A stretch of 63,894 nt of DNA, counting the filler, from Octopus bimaculoides (taxonomy: Eukaryota), in the NCBI RefSeq assembly GCF_001194135.2. It is 4 parts of 4 records of this genome, joined end to end, with 100 filler letters (N's around TTAATTAATTAA, not from the genome) between each part and the next. Parts side by side here need not be neighbours in the genome. Positions count along the whole stretch, not along the records: positions 1 to 27,891 come from NC_068999.1; positions 27,992 to 54,763 come from NC_068982.1; 2 more parts are not named here. The stretch is one strand, 5' to 3'. Within the stretch, counting starts at the first letter, position 1; each line of letters begins with the position of its first letter. Shown piece by piece: positions 25,801 through 39,083 of the stretch. The position numbers were made by a program, and so were the translations under genes. The notes beneath the pieces are model-generated. The model saw nothing but the letters and a program-made list of their open reading frames with translations. It was not told the DNA's origin and searched no databases.

Positions 25801-27394
25801 GTGAGTTATTTTACTAGGATAAACTTAGTTTATTCCTCGAAGCGGCTTTCATTCTTTGTAGCCCCACCCTTGCATGAACAAACATACTTTATGCCCCCCC
25901 CCCCCATTCCATAAAAAAAAAAAGGAAATTAAATATGTCCCCCGTGTTTTCCAACATTCACTGTGCTGATTATATCTCTTGAATTATTAACATGCGTCCA
26001 CAGCTGTCCTTTTTCTTTGTGGTATGTCAGTTTTGGAGACCACTTGATTCTTGAGATTATCTCCCCACTCATATGCAGATGATCTCAATTGAAATTTGGT
26101 AATTACGACAGAGATGGAAATAATTTTAAATAAATCCGGAATTTATATTGTATAGTATTTGAAATACCTTTATTTGTCTACGTTGTTCATATCCATCCCT
26201 CTCGCCACTCTGAGTTATCTCTCTTTGGTCATTTCTATTTAAATTATACATCTGCACCCCCACCCTGTTTGTTCCAGAACCCCCAGTCCAGCCATTCAGT
26301 TGTCCGTGCTGGGTTGTTCTGTTTTCACCTTCAGGTCTATACAGCATTACTGTCATATCAATAATAAATGAATTCCTGTGGGGCAAAGAGATGCCTATCT
26401 TTATACACAAGGTCCCTTTTCTGTTTCTGGGCTCAAGAAGGAAAGAAATATCTGATATTATAAACAGGGTTCCTTCTGTGTCTAAGGACTCTAGAAAGAA
26501 AGAAATTTAATGTTTTCAATGGGGTCTTGTTTCAGTTTAAGGACTTTAGGAGAAAATCTCTGACGATATAATTAAAAAGAAGGAATTGGGGTGATCAATT
26601 GGCCATGGCCTTAATGAGGGATGAAATTGGATCAAGGTCATCTTAGGCCTGAACAACAGGCACTGCTCATCATCATCATCAGCAGCAGCATATAACGTCA
26701 GTTTTCCATGCTGGCATGGGTTGGACAGTTTGACTGAAAACTGGTAAAGCTCTCTTCCCATAGAAAACAGATGCTAAAGGATGATGATGATGATATGATT
26801 CAAAGGAGATTTGGGTTCTGCTTTTAGCAAGTCAATAACCCACATAGATACTCTATTACACACTAATTAATTGATTACACCGTTTCGTATTCTCGGAATG
26901 GCATTTAATGGTTTGGTTGGTCTGGCAGAAGGGACAGTGCCCATAGATTTTTCATCAAGTCCTCCAAGACTGATGAGGTTGATAGTTTTCATGACTGTAA
27001 GGAAAAAATTTCAGTGGAGTGGTAGTCTAGGGGCAGAAGGACTGGCAAATGACGTTAGTTCAGGGCCTGTGTATGGGAGGATGTGAATTGATGTTGTTTA
27101 ATCACAGGTGACCTATGGTCAGAGCTACGATCAAAGGCATTCCAACCATGGCTATCCCATCTTTTAGGAGTAGACTACCCATTGTGTCTTTTCTTTATTT
27201 AAGATGGTAGGATGAGGTTTAAGGGGAATTTGGCTGCTACTTCTAGCAGGTACAATGACCATCTTAAAACTTGCTCTTTTGTGGCTTGTTACCCAAATTA
27301 TTTGTGGAGAGCCCTGATTGGAAGTGATACAAGACCAATCACTGCAGAAAAGCAGAGTCTGGGGTGAGTGGCAGAAGAAATGGGGAAGATATCC

Positions 27395-27517
27395 TTGTAG
27401 CTGTCATGTGAGATATCCTGTTATTATTCCATTGTAGCTGTCATGTGAGATGTCCTGTTGTTATACCATTGTAGATGTGTTGTGAGATATCTTGTTTTTA
27501 TACCATTGAAGCTGTTC
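27395..27517 (+). repeat. 37-bp minisatellite, about 3.3 copies
   Basis: Units TTGTAGCTGTCATGTGAGATATCCTGTTATTATTCCA start at 27395, 27432, 27469 and 27506. Confidence 0.9.
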
Positions 27518-27544
27518 TACTGAATCTCTCTATTAATATTCCAG

Positions 27545-27664
27545 CTTCCATAGGTGCTGCCTACCCAGCTATAACAGGAATTGTGGCCAATATCAGAAAG
27601 AAAGATGATGCATTAAACCATGTTGTCGGTGGTTTCGTTGCTGGTTCTATTTGGGGTGTGAGAT
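27545..27664 (+). CDS. NDUFA11: NDUFA11 coding exon 3 (Tim17/22/23-family transmembrane region)
   Basis: CAG acceptor (AG 27543-44), 120 nt, phase 1-1, donor GTAAGC at 27665. Encodes (A)SIGAAYPAITGIVANIRKKDDALNHVVGGFVAGSIWGVR, containing the R.K.DD.LN...GG..AG signature of NDUFA11 and the Tim17 family. Confidence 0.9.
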
Positions 27665-27806
27665 GTAAGCAAAACTTGAATATTATTTCAATTTTTCTAC
27701 CGATTCTTAAGGAGTCTAATTTAGACCTTTTGCAGTGAAATCTCCTGCTATATTGGTAACAATTACATGTTTTTCTATGAACATATATATATATATACAT
27801 ACATAT

Positions 27807-27891
<85 letters not shown>

Positions 27892-27999
27892 NNNNNNNNN
27901 NNNNNNNNNNNNNNNNNNNNNNNNNNNNNNNNNNNTTAATTAATTAANNNNNNNNNNNNNNNNNNNNNNNNNNNNNNNNNNNNNNNNNNNNATGTATGT

Positions 28000-28222
28000 A
28001 TGTATGTGTGTGTATATGTTTGTGTGTCTGTGTTTGTCACCTTAACATCGCTTGACAAACGATGGTGGTGTGTTTACGTCCCCGTAAATTAGCGGTTCGG
28101 CAAAAGAGGCCGATAGAATAAGTACTAGGCTTCCAAAGATTAAGTCCTGGGGTCGATTTGCTCGACTAAAGGCGGTGCTCCAGCATGGCCGCAGTCAAAT
28201 GACTGAAACAAGTAAAAGAGAG
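28000..28222 (+). mobile_element. SINE family A, 3' part
   Basis: CATCGCTTGACAA..AAGTCCTGGGGTCGATTTGCTCGACTAAAGGCGGTGCTCCAGCATGGCCGCAGTCAAATGACTGAAACAAGTAAAAGAG. Confidence 0.9.
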
Positions 28223-28232
28223 ATAAGTAAAT

Positions 28233-28409
28233 AACGGTTTACTTATCGCGCACTCAGTACTCTCTAGCTAATTTATGTAAACTTATATCACGGACTCCTC
28301 AGTATATCGCGGGTTTCTGCGGCTTATAGGTATTTATATTTTTTTTAGATATTATCATTTCTGTGGGAGTTTTTGGAACGTAACTACCGCGATAGTCGAG
28401 GGATTACTG
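28233..28409. mobile_element. Degenerate pogo/Tigger-like MITE, related to 36730-37010
   Basis: Right end CGCGATAGTCGAGGGATTACTG and internal ACTTATCGCG motif; the left TIR is unclear. Confidence 0.5.
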
Positions 28410-28803
28410 CATTTGTTCCGGTTATCTACATCCTTAGTTCAAATTCCGTCGAAGTCAACTTTGTCTTTTATCCTTTCGAGTTCGAGAAAATAAAGTACCG
28501 TTGAAGTATTGCTTTCCGTCGTGTCGTGTATCCCTTCCCATTGAAAATGCTGGCATTGTGCCGAAATCAGAAACCATTATTTGTATTGCTGTCTAGAGAC
28601 TGAGCAAGCTGAAATGGCAGGCGCAATTTCTTCCAGTGGTTTACGCTCTGGGATAAAATTCTACCGAAGTTAACATTGCTTTTCATGTTTTCGGGTTCGG
28701 TGAATAAAAATACCACCGTTCTATATTTAAGAGATGAAGAATTATGTACATTATTTACATTATTTACATTTGACAGATATTTGTCCTCATCTTGTTTGTT
28801 GTT

Positions 28804-28849
28804 AACACAACGTTTCGGCTGATACACCCTCTACCCTTCATCAGGTGTC
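28804..28849 (-). ncRNA. Minimal type I hammerhead ribozyme motif, left copy (stem II degenerate)
   Basis: Minus strand GACAC-CUGAUGA-A-GGGUA(n10)CAGCC-GAAAC-GUU-GUGUU; two mismatches in stem II. Confidence 0.55.
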
Positions 28850-28957
28850 TTGGGCAAATTTCGAACCTGTGTCCTCATTCCTAAGGTATTTTTCGATCTT
28901 CTTCTTCTTCTTCTTCTTCTTCTTCTTCTTCTTCTTCTTCTTCTTCTTCTTCTTCTT

Positions 28958-29028
<71 letters not shown>

Positions 29029-29382
29029 NNNNNNNNNNNNNNNNNNNNNNNNNNNNNNNNNNNNNNNNNNNNNNNNNNNNNNNNNNNNNNNNNNNNNNNN
29101 NNNNNNNNNNNNNNNNNNNNNNNNNNNNNNNNNNNNNNNNNNNNNNNNNNNNNNNNNNNNNNNNNNNNNNNNNNNNNNNNNNNNNNNNNNNNNNNNNNNN
29201 NNNNNNNNNNNNNNNNNNNNNNNNNNNNNNNNNNNNNNNNNNNNNNNNNNNNNNNNNNNNNNNNNNNNNNNNNNNNNNNNNNNNNNNNNNNNNNNNNNNN
29301 NNNNNNNNNNNNNNNNNNNNNNNNNNNNNNNNNNNNNNNNNNNNNNNNNNNNNNNNNNNNNNNNNNNNNNNNNNNNNNNNNN

Positions 29383-29500
<118 letters not shown>

Positions 29501-29571
29501 AATAATAATAATAATAATAATAGCATCGGAAAATACCTTAGGAATGAGAACCCAGGTTCGAAATTTCCCCA

Positions 29572-29617
29572 AACACCTGATGAAGGCTGGAGCGTATATC
29601 AGCCGAAACGTTGTGTT
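29572..29617 (+). ncRNA. Minimal type I hammerhead ribozyme motif, right copy
   Basis: AACAC-CUGAUGA-A-GGCUG(n10)CAGCC-GAAAC-GUU-GUGUU: perfect 5-bp stems I and II, conserved core, palindromic ACGU stem III and a GUU cleavage triplet. Confidence 0.75.
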
Positions 29618-29744
29618 AACAACAAACAAGATGAGGACAAATATCCGTCAAATGTAAATAACGTAAATAATGTATAAAAATACCAGACAAAGACTGGAAT
29701 CACTGGAATGTATTAAACGTCTCCCCTTTAAATTGTTGTCAAGG

Positions 29745-29935
29745 TGACGATCTGGCACAATCGTTAGCACGCGGGACGCATGTCTCTCCGTTCTGAGTTC
29801 AAAATCCGCCGAGGTCGACATTGCTTCTCATCCTTTCGGGGTCCATGAATTGAGTACCAGCTGCTTACTGACGTCGATCTAATCGACCGACTGGCCCTTC
29901 CCCAAAAATTTGAGGCCTTCTCAGTATAGTAGAAA
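29745..29935 (+). mobile_element. SINE family C
   Basis: Head GACGATCTGGCACAATCGTTAGC, then GAGTTCAAAATCC, core and tail. Confidence 0.85.
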
Positions 29936-30325
29936 CGATTGTTGTAACTGTTGTTTTTGTTGTCTTATCTCGTCAACATTTCTGACCGACCCTAACGTGT
30001 CTATCTTATTTGCCATCACTGACGATAGAGAAGCAAATTCAAATTACTAAATATATATTTCCTCGAATAAACCAATTACTAACATTTTGACTTTTATTAC
30101 GACTTGGCGAGAACGTCTCTCATTGAATTTGAGGCGTGTTACCTAGATTTCCTGAAACATTTATCGTTGTAACGGCGTCTCGTTAACGTTTCACGCTTCG
30201 ATGAGTGTTTGTCACTTCATCTCTTTGCCTTCTCATTTACCAATATTTATTGGATGATTTCGGATAGCAAGGAGTAAATCTATCTATCAATCAACCAGTC
30301 TGTCTGCCTCTGTATATACATATGC

Positions 30326-30383
<58 letters not shown>

Positions 30384-30418
30384 NNNNNNNNNNTATGCAA
30401 ACACATATATGCACACAT

Positions 30419-30463
<45 letters not shown>

Positions 30464-31029
30464 GAGAGAGAGATATACATATATGCATGTATATATACAT
30501 ACATACGTACATACTCACGCACACATACATATATTTTTGTGTGTGTGTATCAGACATAAATATATGTGTATGTCAGTACAGATGTATATATAGCTACACA
30601 CACAAATATATTACATTACGTATGTGGGTATGTTATGTACTTACATATATAAATACATATATAAATACATATATACAGACACACACACATATACATACCG
30701 AGATATATGTATGCGTATATGTATGTATGTATGCACGTATGTATGTATGTATGTATGTATGTATGTATGTATGTATGTATGTATGTATATAAAAATATGT
30801 GTAGGTGTCCGCATAATTACAAATAGATATACGGAGAGACATACATAAACACATATATCAGTCTATCACTAACTCATTCGTTATTCTTATCTGAACTTGT
30901 CTCTCTTCCTCATCTTTCTTCTCTCTTTTTACTCTCTCTTTTTCTTTCTTCCCTCTCTCTATCTCTCAATATAGGAATGATATATGATATACATATATGC
31001 ATACGTAGCTTCACATTATATACATATGA

Positions 31030-31115
<86 letters not shown>

Positions 31116-31379
31116 ATATATATATATGTATAAATGTGTGCGCGTACATCTCTATATGGGTGTGTATACGTGTTTGTATATGTATGTATATGTATACGTG
31201 TGTGTGTGTGTGTTTATATGTGTGCATGTTGTGTATGTGCGATATATATATATACAGGTATACATAAATTCTGCTTTGGAATAGTAGATTCCGAAGCGGA
31301 TAAAACTATAAATAATACTGTGTAAATATTGGGTAAATAAAAACCCTTTGTTTTAAAAAAATGGCATTGCTGAACACAA

Positions 31380-31428
<49 letters not shown>

Positions 31429-31641
31429 CGTATGCATGCTTATACACACACATGTATAAATATACATTGGTATATGTTTATAAATATCAACAAACTGACA
31501 TTCGGGATATTTTTTTATAAGCGCCGAAATGTAAATTGTACGATACAAATAAGATGATAATTTTTTCGAAATAAGAAGCGCCGTTAGAACAGCAGAAGTA
31601 GTTGGTAAATTACCACAATTAAGCAGAAAAATTTGTCAACA

Positions 31642-31714
31642 ACCAGGCATGGGACTTGAACCCACATCCCCCCAAAGACACCGCCCGATTGCTTTACTGT
31701 TCAGCTAGACTGCT
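31642..31714 (-). pseudogene. tRNA-like sequence (tRNA pseudogene or SINE head)
   Basis: 73 nt with D-stem GCT/AGC, T-arm GTGGG-TTCAAGT-CCCAT and 5 of 7 acceptor pairs; the anticodon arm is degenerate. Confidence 0.5.
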
Positions 31715-32108
31715 CGCTAACAAATTTCTCCGCTATAAAGCTAAATACGCAACTGCGTGTATATAAATATAAACAAACTGACATTTTATTTTTATTCTAA
31801 GAGTCGAAATGTGTATTGTATGACAGAACATTTGATGATAATATTTTTCTGACGCAAAAAACGCCGTTGAAATAGCAGAAATATCGGAAAAATTACGCTA
31901 AGAAAGCGGTAACATTAGCATATATCATATATGTGTGTATGTATGTATGTATGCATGCATGTATGTATGTATGTATGTATCTATCTATCTATCTATCTAT
32001 CTATAATCAAAATAAAGAACAGGATACCAAGAACTGATGCAGTACGACCGTTTCAAGCAGCTCCATTTAATTGAACAATGCAATCCTCACATCAGTTTTA
32101 ATGCTGGG

Positions 32109-32155
<47 letters not shown>

Positions 32156-32881
32156 TGAAATATGCTAAGGTGTTGACAAAACCTTTGTCACCTGTAAGTC
32201 TAATTTATCCAATATATATATATATGTAAGCACACATACATATATATATATGAATATATATGCATGCACATATATATGTGTGTGTGTATGCATGTGTTTG
32301 TGTGTGTGAATACATACATATATACACACATACATAATGCATATGTACATACATACATATACATATATATATATGAATATATATGCATGCACATNNNNNN
32401 NNNNNNNNNNNNNNNNNNNNNNNNNNNNNNNNNNNNNNNNNNNNNNNNNNNNNNNNNNNNNNNNNNNNNNCTCAAGAAACTTCGCCAAACATCAGAACTT
32501 AAAGCGGGCAAGACAAATGAAAATATACAAAATATAATTATTAGTCACATTGAAGGTTTCATTGTTGCCATTTACATTGCGTAAATGTCTGCAAATCTTG
32601 AGTGTGACTGTCGTAGAACATATAATTTGCAGAAATATACATAAGACGTCCTCTCTCGAGAGAACATGCATACAGTTCTATCAATTATAGTTGGGGGTAT
32701 ATTTCAAATGTCTTCGTTTTGAGAACAATTTTTCTTAGTAGTCAGACCATATGGGTCTACATTTAGCCTATTAGGAGTCCTCCTAGTGGTCATTCCTCTT
32801 ATATGTATGTAATCAAATTTTCTGAATCTTCAGATTTTTTTCAATATGCTCTGGAGTATCTCCTCCCATTATAATTATTTT

Positions 32882-33382
32882 TGTGGTTTCAAGGATCTGA
32901 AACACGAAGAAGTTCACAAGTGGAGTACAATTCAATAACCGTTTATTTACAGAGTTCTCGTTCATGTGGTTCGCTCTCAGTGACCATCTTTATAGCAGCG
33001 CGTGGTTTGTTTTAACTCCGTACACGTGAGGTTCATTACCTCTGGGGGTAAGCATGTGGAGTCAGAGCGAGACAAGAGTGCGTTGTGAGCTGCTGGCTCC
33101 GCAGTGTTTCTCGGCGTTGAGCGTGAGAAGAGTGAGAGAGAGAATGTCGTCGTTCTCTTGCTTAAATACTGGTTGCCGGCGAGAGTCTCGTTGTCGTCTC
33201 GCGCATGGCAAATGGTTGCAGGTGAGATCTTATTCTTGTCTCGCACATGGCAATGGCTACCGGCGTGTTCTCGTTGAAAATGGCGCTGGCTTCTTGTGCC
33301 TCCCAACAGCCTAATGAGTAGCCTGCGGTATACACCTCGCTTGGATATTTACTACTTCCGCGGTTCCACTCGTTATAAAACA
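32882..33382 (-). mobile_element. Possible solo LTR
   Basis: About 500 bp, GC/CpG-rich, bounded by TGT...ACA. The minus strand shows TATAAAG followed by AATAAA near the 3' end. No TSD found. Confidence 0.35.
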
Positions 33383-34352
33383 TATGTAGCCCGAATTTTA
33401 TCAAGTCCATTCCCTAAGGTTTGGATTTTTATTGGCACACCTGGAAACCCTAATTATACTAATACATCTGTTTGTTATCTGCACCACCTGTCTTTGTGCT
33501 TTGTTCTTTTTTGTGAATTCTCCCTATATATATATATATNNNNNNNNNNNNNNNNNNNNNNNNNNNNNNNNNNNNNNNNNNNNNNNNNNNNNNNNNNNNN
33601 NNNNNNNNNNNNNNNNNNNNNNNNNNNNNNNNNNNNNNNNNNNNNNNNNNNNNNNNNNNNNNNNNNNNNNNNNNNNNNNNNNNNNNNNNNNNNNNNNNNN
33701 NNNNNNNNNNNNNNNNNNNNNNNNNNNNNNNNNNNNNNNNNNNNNNNNNNNNNNNNNNNNNNNNNNNNNNNNNNNNNNNNNNNNNNNNNNNNNNNNNNNN
33801 NNNNNNNNNNNNNNNNNNNNNNNNNNNNNNNNNNNNNNNNNNNNNNNNNNNNNNNNNNNNNNNNNNNNNNNNNNNNNNNNNNNNNNNNNNNNNNNNNNNN
33901 NNNNNNNNNNNNNNNNNNNNNNNNNNNNNNNNNNNNNNNNNNNNNNNNNNNNNNNNNNNNNNNNNNNNNNNNNNNNNNNNNNNNNNNNNNNNNNNNNNNN
34001 NNNNNNNNNNNNNNNNNNNNNNNNNNNNNNNNNNNNNNNNNNNNNNNNNNNNNNNNNNNNNNNNNNNNNNNNNNNNNNNNNNNNNNNNNNNNNNNNNNNN
34101 NNNNNNNNNNNNNNNNNNNNNNNNNNNNNNNNNNNNNNNNNNNNNNNNNNNNNNNNNNNNNNNNNNNNNNNNNNNNNNNNNNNNNNNNNNNNNNNNNNNN
34201 NNNNNNNNNNNNNNNNCCCATTATTAGACTATTTTCGTTAGTCATTTGCACGGTGATCGCTATAAGCTTTAAGATTATAAAAAATACCAATATTATTATT
34301 ATTTACAGAATTGTAAAACTCGATACCGTTTAACAAAACCATTCGCACTGAA

Positions 34353-34405
<53 letters not shown>

Positions 34406-34424
34406 CACACACACGGTGAGATCT

Positions 34425-34640
34425 GTTGCAATGTCCAGTTCTTTTAATTGTTTCAGTCACTTGGCTGATGCCATGCTGGAGCACAGCCTTTAGTCGAAGA
34501 AATCGATCCCAGGACTTATTTTTGTAAAGCCTAGAATTTGTTCTATCGGTTCTTGAGCCGAACCGCTAAACACTCCAACATCGGTTTTCCAACGATGACA
34601 GGAGGTAAAACACAGACATACAAATACATACATACATACA
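34425..34640 (-). mobile_element. SINE family A, 3' part
   Basis: Reverse-complement tail TTTCAGTCACTTGGCTGATGCCATGCTGGAGCAC. Confidence 0.8.
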
Positions 34641-34649
34641 GACATACAT

Positions 34650-34715
<66 letters not shown>

Positions 34716-35859
34716 TTACACATACATAGTAATACTGAACACAGAAGCACAGCATGGAATTCCACCAAGTTTCGCTGATATCAACTAAAATAGAAAAAAA
34801 CCTCCATTTTGTTAATCAATTTCTTTCATTACATATCTACTCCCTTACTACGTTTTTTGTATTTTCTTCTACCATCCAGTCCACTGGCTGTATTTGAGTT
34901 ATCTATCTTGCATATTACTTTTTTGTCTTTAGATTTTAAATAACCCGAGACAGAGCTTTTCTTTCATAATTGTGTGAATAATTTTAGTTGATCGATAATT
35001 TTAATCTCACCATCACACAGAAGTTAGACTGTAACAGATTTCTATTATTTAGAGAATATTATTGAAACTACTAACACAGGAAGTGTTTCATTGAAACTTT
35101 AAATCTCATTCGAAACTAGTTTTCCTAACAATTATTTACTTTATATTTTTATTTCCTTTCAATAAAGTATCTCAGAGCTGTTTGGAACAAAACCAACATT
35201 TTTATATCTATCTTTTAATAATAATATTGAGTTATAGTTATTTGAAGTCCATCTTACAATTATCTAGCTAGCATTCACGCAGACAGAGAAAAATTAGGTT
35301 TTTGTTGGGAAATCATCTAAAATATATCACAATATATCACAATTATATATGTTTTCTATAACTGTGTTTCGATATCGTATTGGATTCTATTTATTTAGTT
35401 TTATTGTCTATAACAATTGCTTCACAATAGAGACATGGATTGTTTTTGCAGGTTCTCAACGGGTAGATCGGTTGTTCTGATACCGAATATGACAACGGAC
35501 CGTCAACAACTGAGTAACTTTAGTTAGAAGTGACTTTAGTTAGAAATACGCCGCAGTTTTTGTTCTTGTTTACATCGTGTTACTATGTACAACAACAAAA
35601 TATGAGTAAATAGATACGTATCTATATATGCATGAAGGTATGTATGTATGTATGTCATTATTCAGTTTATTTCATGATTTCTTGCCAATAGAGAAAGACC
35701 CGGTTTCTTACCTATATCCAAGGCTCCTTCATTGGAATTTCAACATCAACAACAGGCTATTTTTGTTTATATATATGTATGCATGTATGTATGTATGTAT
35801 GTATGTATGTATGTATGTATGTATGTATGTATGCATGCATGTATGTATGTATGTATGTA

Positions 35860-36179
35860 GGCGCGTGGCTTAGTGGTTAGGGCATTCGGGTCACGATCGT
35901 AAGGTCGTGAGTTCGATTCCCGGTGACGCGTTGGTTCCTTGAGCAAGACACTTTATTTCACGTTGCTCCAGTCCAATCAGCTGGCAAAAATGAGTAGTAC
36001 CTGTATTTCAAAGGGCCGGCCTTGTCACGCTGTGTGTCACGCTGAGTCTCTCTGAGAACTACGTTAGGGGTACACGTGTCTGTGGATTGCTCAGTCATTT
36101 GCACGTTAATTTCATGAGCAGGCCGTTCCGTTGATCGTATCAGCTGGGACCCTCGTCGTCGTAACCGACGGAGTGCTCC
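35860..36179 (+). mobile_element. SINE family B, full length
   Basis: tRNA-like head GGCGCGTGGCTTAGTGG..GAGTTCGATTCC, body TTGAGCAAGACAC and tail GTCGTAACCGACGGAGTGC. Confidence 0.9.
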
Positions 36180-36729
36180 TCCCTATGTATGTATGTATGT
36201 ATGTTTTATGTATGTATGAATGCAGGCAGGTATATGTTAATGTATGTGCAAATACCTTCATATTTTTCATCCTGCACACCCATATATGCGTTCCCATGCA
36301 CATGCATATCCACATGTATGCGTGTACAAATGTATACTTATACATATGTGTATGTACAAGCATTGGCAGGTTCAGGTATGAAATATCCTTGTATATAAAG
36401 ATCTTATTTACCTGATGATCTTCTTGAATGTTTCCATATTTGGACAGGGCGTTATCAAAACTTTGTATCTGTCATCTTGTGATTTGGATTTTATGAAACT
36501 CAGTTCTCAAGTTCCGTACTCGAGCAGTTTGCCGCGTAGGGAAGGGCTCAAAAGATTAATGGTAGAATTCATAATCCAAATTCCGGATTCTCTAACTGAC
36601 CGTTTTTAATCGTTTCAGTATAATCTTTTCTCTTACACACATTTTTGACATCTTGGTGGGAGTAATTTCACCTACTGTGCTGTTGACTTTGTGTTCATTG
36701 TCCCAGATCATTAACTCTACTTTTATATA

Positions 36730-37010
36730 CAGTAACTCCCCGACTATCGCGGGTGTTACGTTCCATATCCACCGCGATAGGTGAAAACACACGAAGTAGA
36801 AAAAGTATTGTATTGCATATTTTAAAAATATTTTCATAATTTGTATATATTTTTTTTATTATAAATGCCATGGAGGAATCGATCACGGAGGAAACAACGT
36901 AATCTTAAATAATAAATCGCGATAGGCGAATCGCGATAGGCGAATCGCGATAGGCGAACCATGATAGGCGAACCGCGATAAGTGAACCTCGATATGGCGA
37001 GGGATTACTG
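36730..37010. mobile_element. pogo/Tigger-like MITE
   Basis: TA|CAGTAACTCCCCG...CGAGGGATTACTG|TA, with about six 14-bp AA(T/C)CGCGATAGGCG subterminal repeats at 36915-36999. Confidence 0.85.
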
Positions 37011-37829
37011 TATTCACATATATATTGAGGTAATCAAATATGATATAAAAAAATACAGATGAAATGTCCCTGACGAAGCTTTAATGTAGAACGAAATTCA
37101 ATGCATAAATCCCCGATATTCAGGTGGCTAGAAAACGTTAGCCAAAGGGTACTTTGGTGTCACGACATGAATGCGGCCCGACCGCCTTAGAATATAAGAA
37201 GTTATCGATCCTTAAGACGGTTTCTTCTCTGAAGGCTTTCTGCTGATTAGCTCTCTAGTGAGTTTCTTATTACATTAACGCCTCATCATGGACAGTTCAT
37301 CAGTAATCTTCGATATTGTCTTTCATCATGTCATCTATATCACTGTAACTTCTCATATTTTTATTCTTGCGATTATCCTCTCAACAGATTTTATTGTAAA
37401 CATTATCCCTGGTTGATAGAAAGCGATTTCTAAACATTAAGTTAATGAATTTCTGTCGCAGGATTCTTGATGCAAAACCGCGTACTGATACAGATATTGT
37501 TGTATTTTGGGATGGTAATATTTTTTGTCCCCCCCCACCCAAAAGCTCTACATTGTATTTTGTTCACTTTCTGTATTTAGCCCTGTGTGACCATAATAAA
37601 AAGATATCTATCTATTTAACTCTTTCTCTATTTCTCTCTATCATCTATCTATCTATGTACCTGCCTGCCTGCCTGCCTGCCTGTCTGTCTGTCAATGAAA
37701 TACCAGTCATAAGATATTGTTCTCCAGGTTATTGTACAAGCCACGCGTTTTTATTAAATATAGACAAGTAGTTGAGAAATAAACTTCTTCAACGTGCGCG
37801 CAAACACACGCACACTCACACACACACAC

Positions 37830-37900
<71 letters not shown>

Positions 37901-38392
37901 TAGATATATATGAATATGCTATTACAGCTGCCCCCCTACCACCACACATGTATGTTTTGTGGTAGACATCAAATATTTATGAGAATTATGTTGTTATTGG
38001 CGAAATCATCGTCAGTAGATATCAGTATGTTTAACGGTTATCTCCCCTTATTTCCGTATTTACTTCACGTGTTGCATCTGTGCATTGATCTCTTATTTTA
38101 GTCGCCATTTTCAATTCTACAGACGTTAGCTCAGATTAAATTACTTTCCTCATTTTTGGGCAGATATATGAATATGACCAAAACAAAAACTGGAACTCGA
38201 AGTTCTTTATTAGTCTCTCGAGGCTTTTACTGTTGAAAGTAAAACCAAAAACTGGCAACAGATTGAGAAACTTATTCAGATGGAAAGTCAATGAAAGAGA
38301 GAAAACACAACGAGAATATTTATGCAACATGAGCCTTAAATTATAAAGGATCTGGAGAAAATAACACTGAAAAAGGTAACCCCTTTATTGCT

Positions 38393-38788
38393 ATACTCTT
38401 TTACTCTTTACTTGTTTCAGTCATTTGACTGTGGTGATGCTGGAACACCGCCTTTAGTCGAGCAAATCGACCCTGGCACTTATTCTTTGTAAGCCTAGTA
38501 CTTATCCTAACGGTCCCTTGGCCAAACCGCTAAGTTACGGGGGCCTAACACACCAGCATCGGTTGTCAAGCGATGTTGGGGTGGAAAAACATAGACACAC
38601 ACACACACACTTATATAAATACATACGACGGGCTTCTTTCAATTTACGTCTACCAAATCCACTCAAAAAGGCTTTGGTCGGCCCGAGGGTGTAGTAGAAG
38701 ACACTTGCCAAGGTGCCACGCAGTGGGACTGAACCCGGAACCATGTGGTTCGTAAGCAAACTACTTACCACACAGCCACTCCTACGCC
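38393..38788 (-). mobile_element. SINE family A, full length; a second partial copy follows at about 38835-39030
   Basis: Reverse complement of the copy at 42577. Confidence 0.9.
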
Positions 38789-39083
38789 TTTAAACGATCA
38801 TGAATATATCGTGCCATATCTTTTACCTTTTTCTCGTATCATCAATCTTCGAACTGCGGCCATGCTGGGGCACAACTTTGAATGGCTCACTCGTACAAAT
38901 TGTTTTCGGTACTTATTCTTCAGTATGGAACTTATTCTATCGGTGTATTTTGCCGAAAGGCCAGGTTACGGGGAGATAAACGAACTAACACCGGTTGTCA
39001 ATCGGTGGTGGGGCACGAACACAAACACACATATACATTCATATCTCTTCCTCACTCTGTATGTATGTATATATATATATCAA

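Noticed and set aside
27936-27947. TTAATTAATTAA isolated between N runs (also at about 54808 and 59070)
   Set aside because: An identical 12-mer flanked by Ns three times, with stops in all six frames, is most likely an artificial gap linker rather than biology.
32739-32804. 66-nt phase 1-1 hydrophobic exon candidate (VRPYGSTFSLLGVLLVVIPLI)
   Set aside because: The phase is compatible with NDUFA11, but it lacks the expected small-residue (G/A) pattern and has no following exon. It cannot be supported without transcripts.
35452-35480. NDUFA11 exon 4 candidate after TTTTTGCAG
   Set aside because: The required phase gives CSQRVDRLF-stop, with no transmembrane segment or family resemblance.
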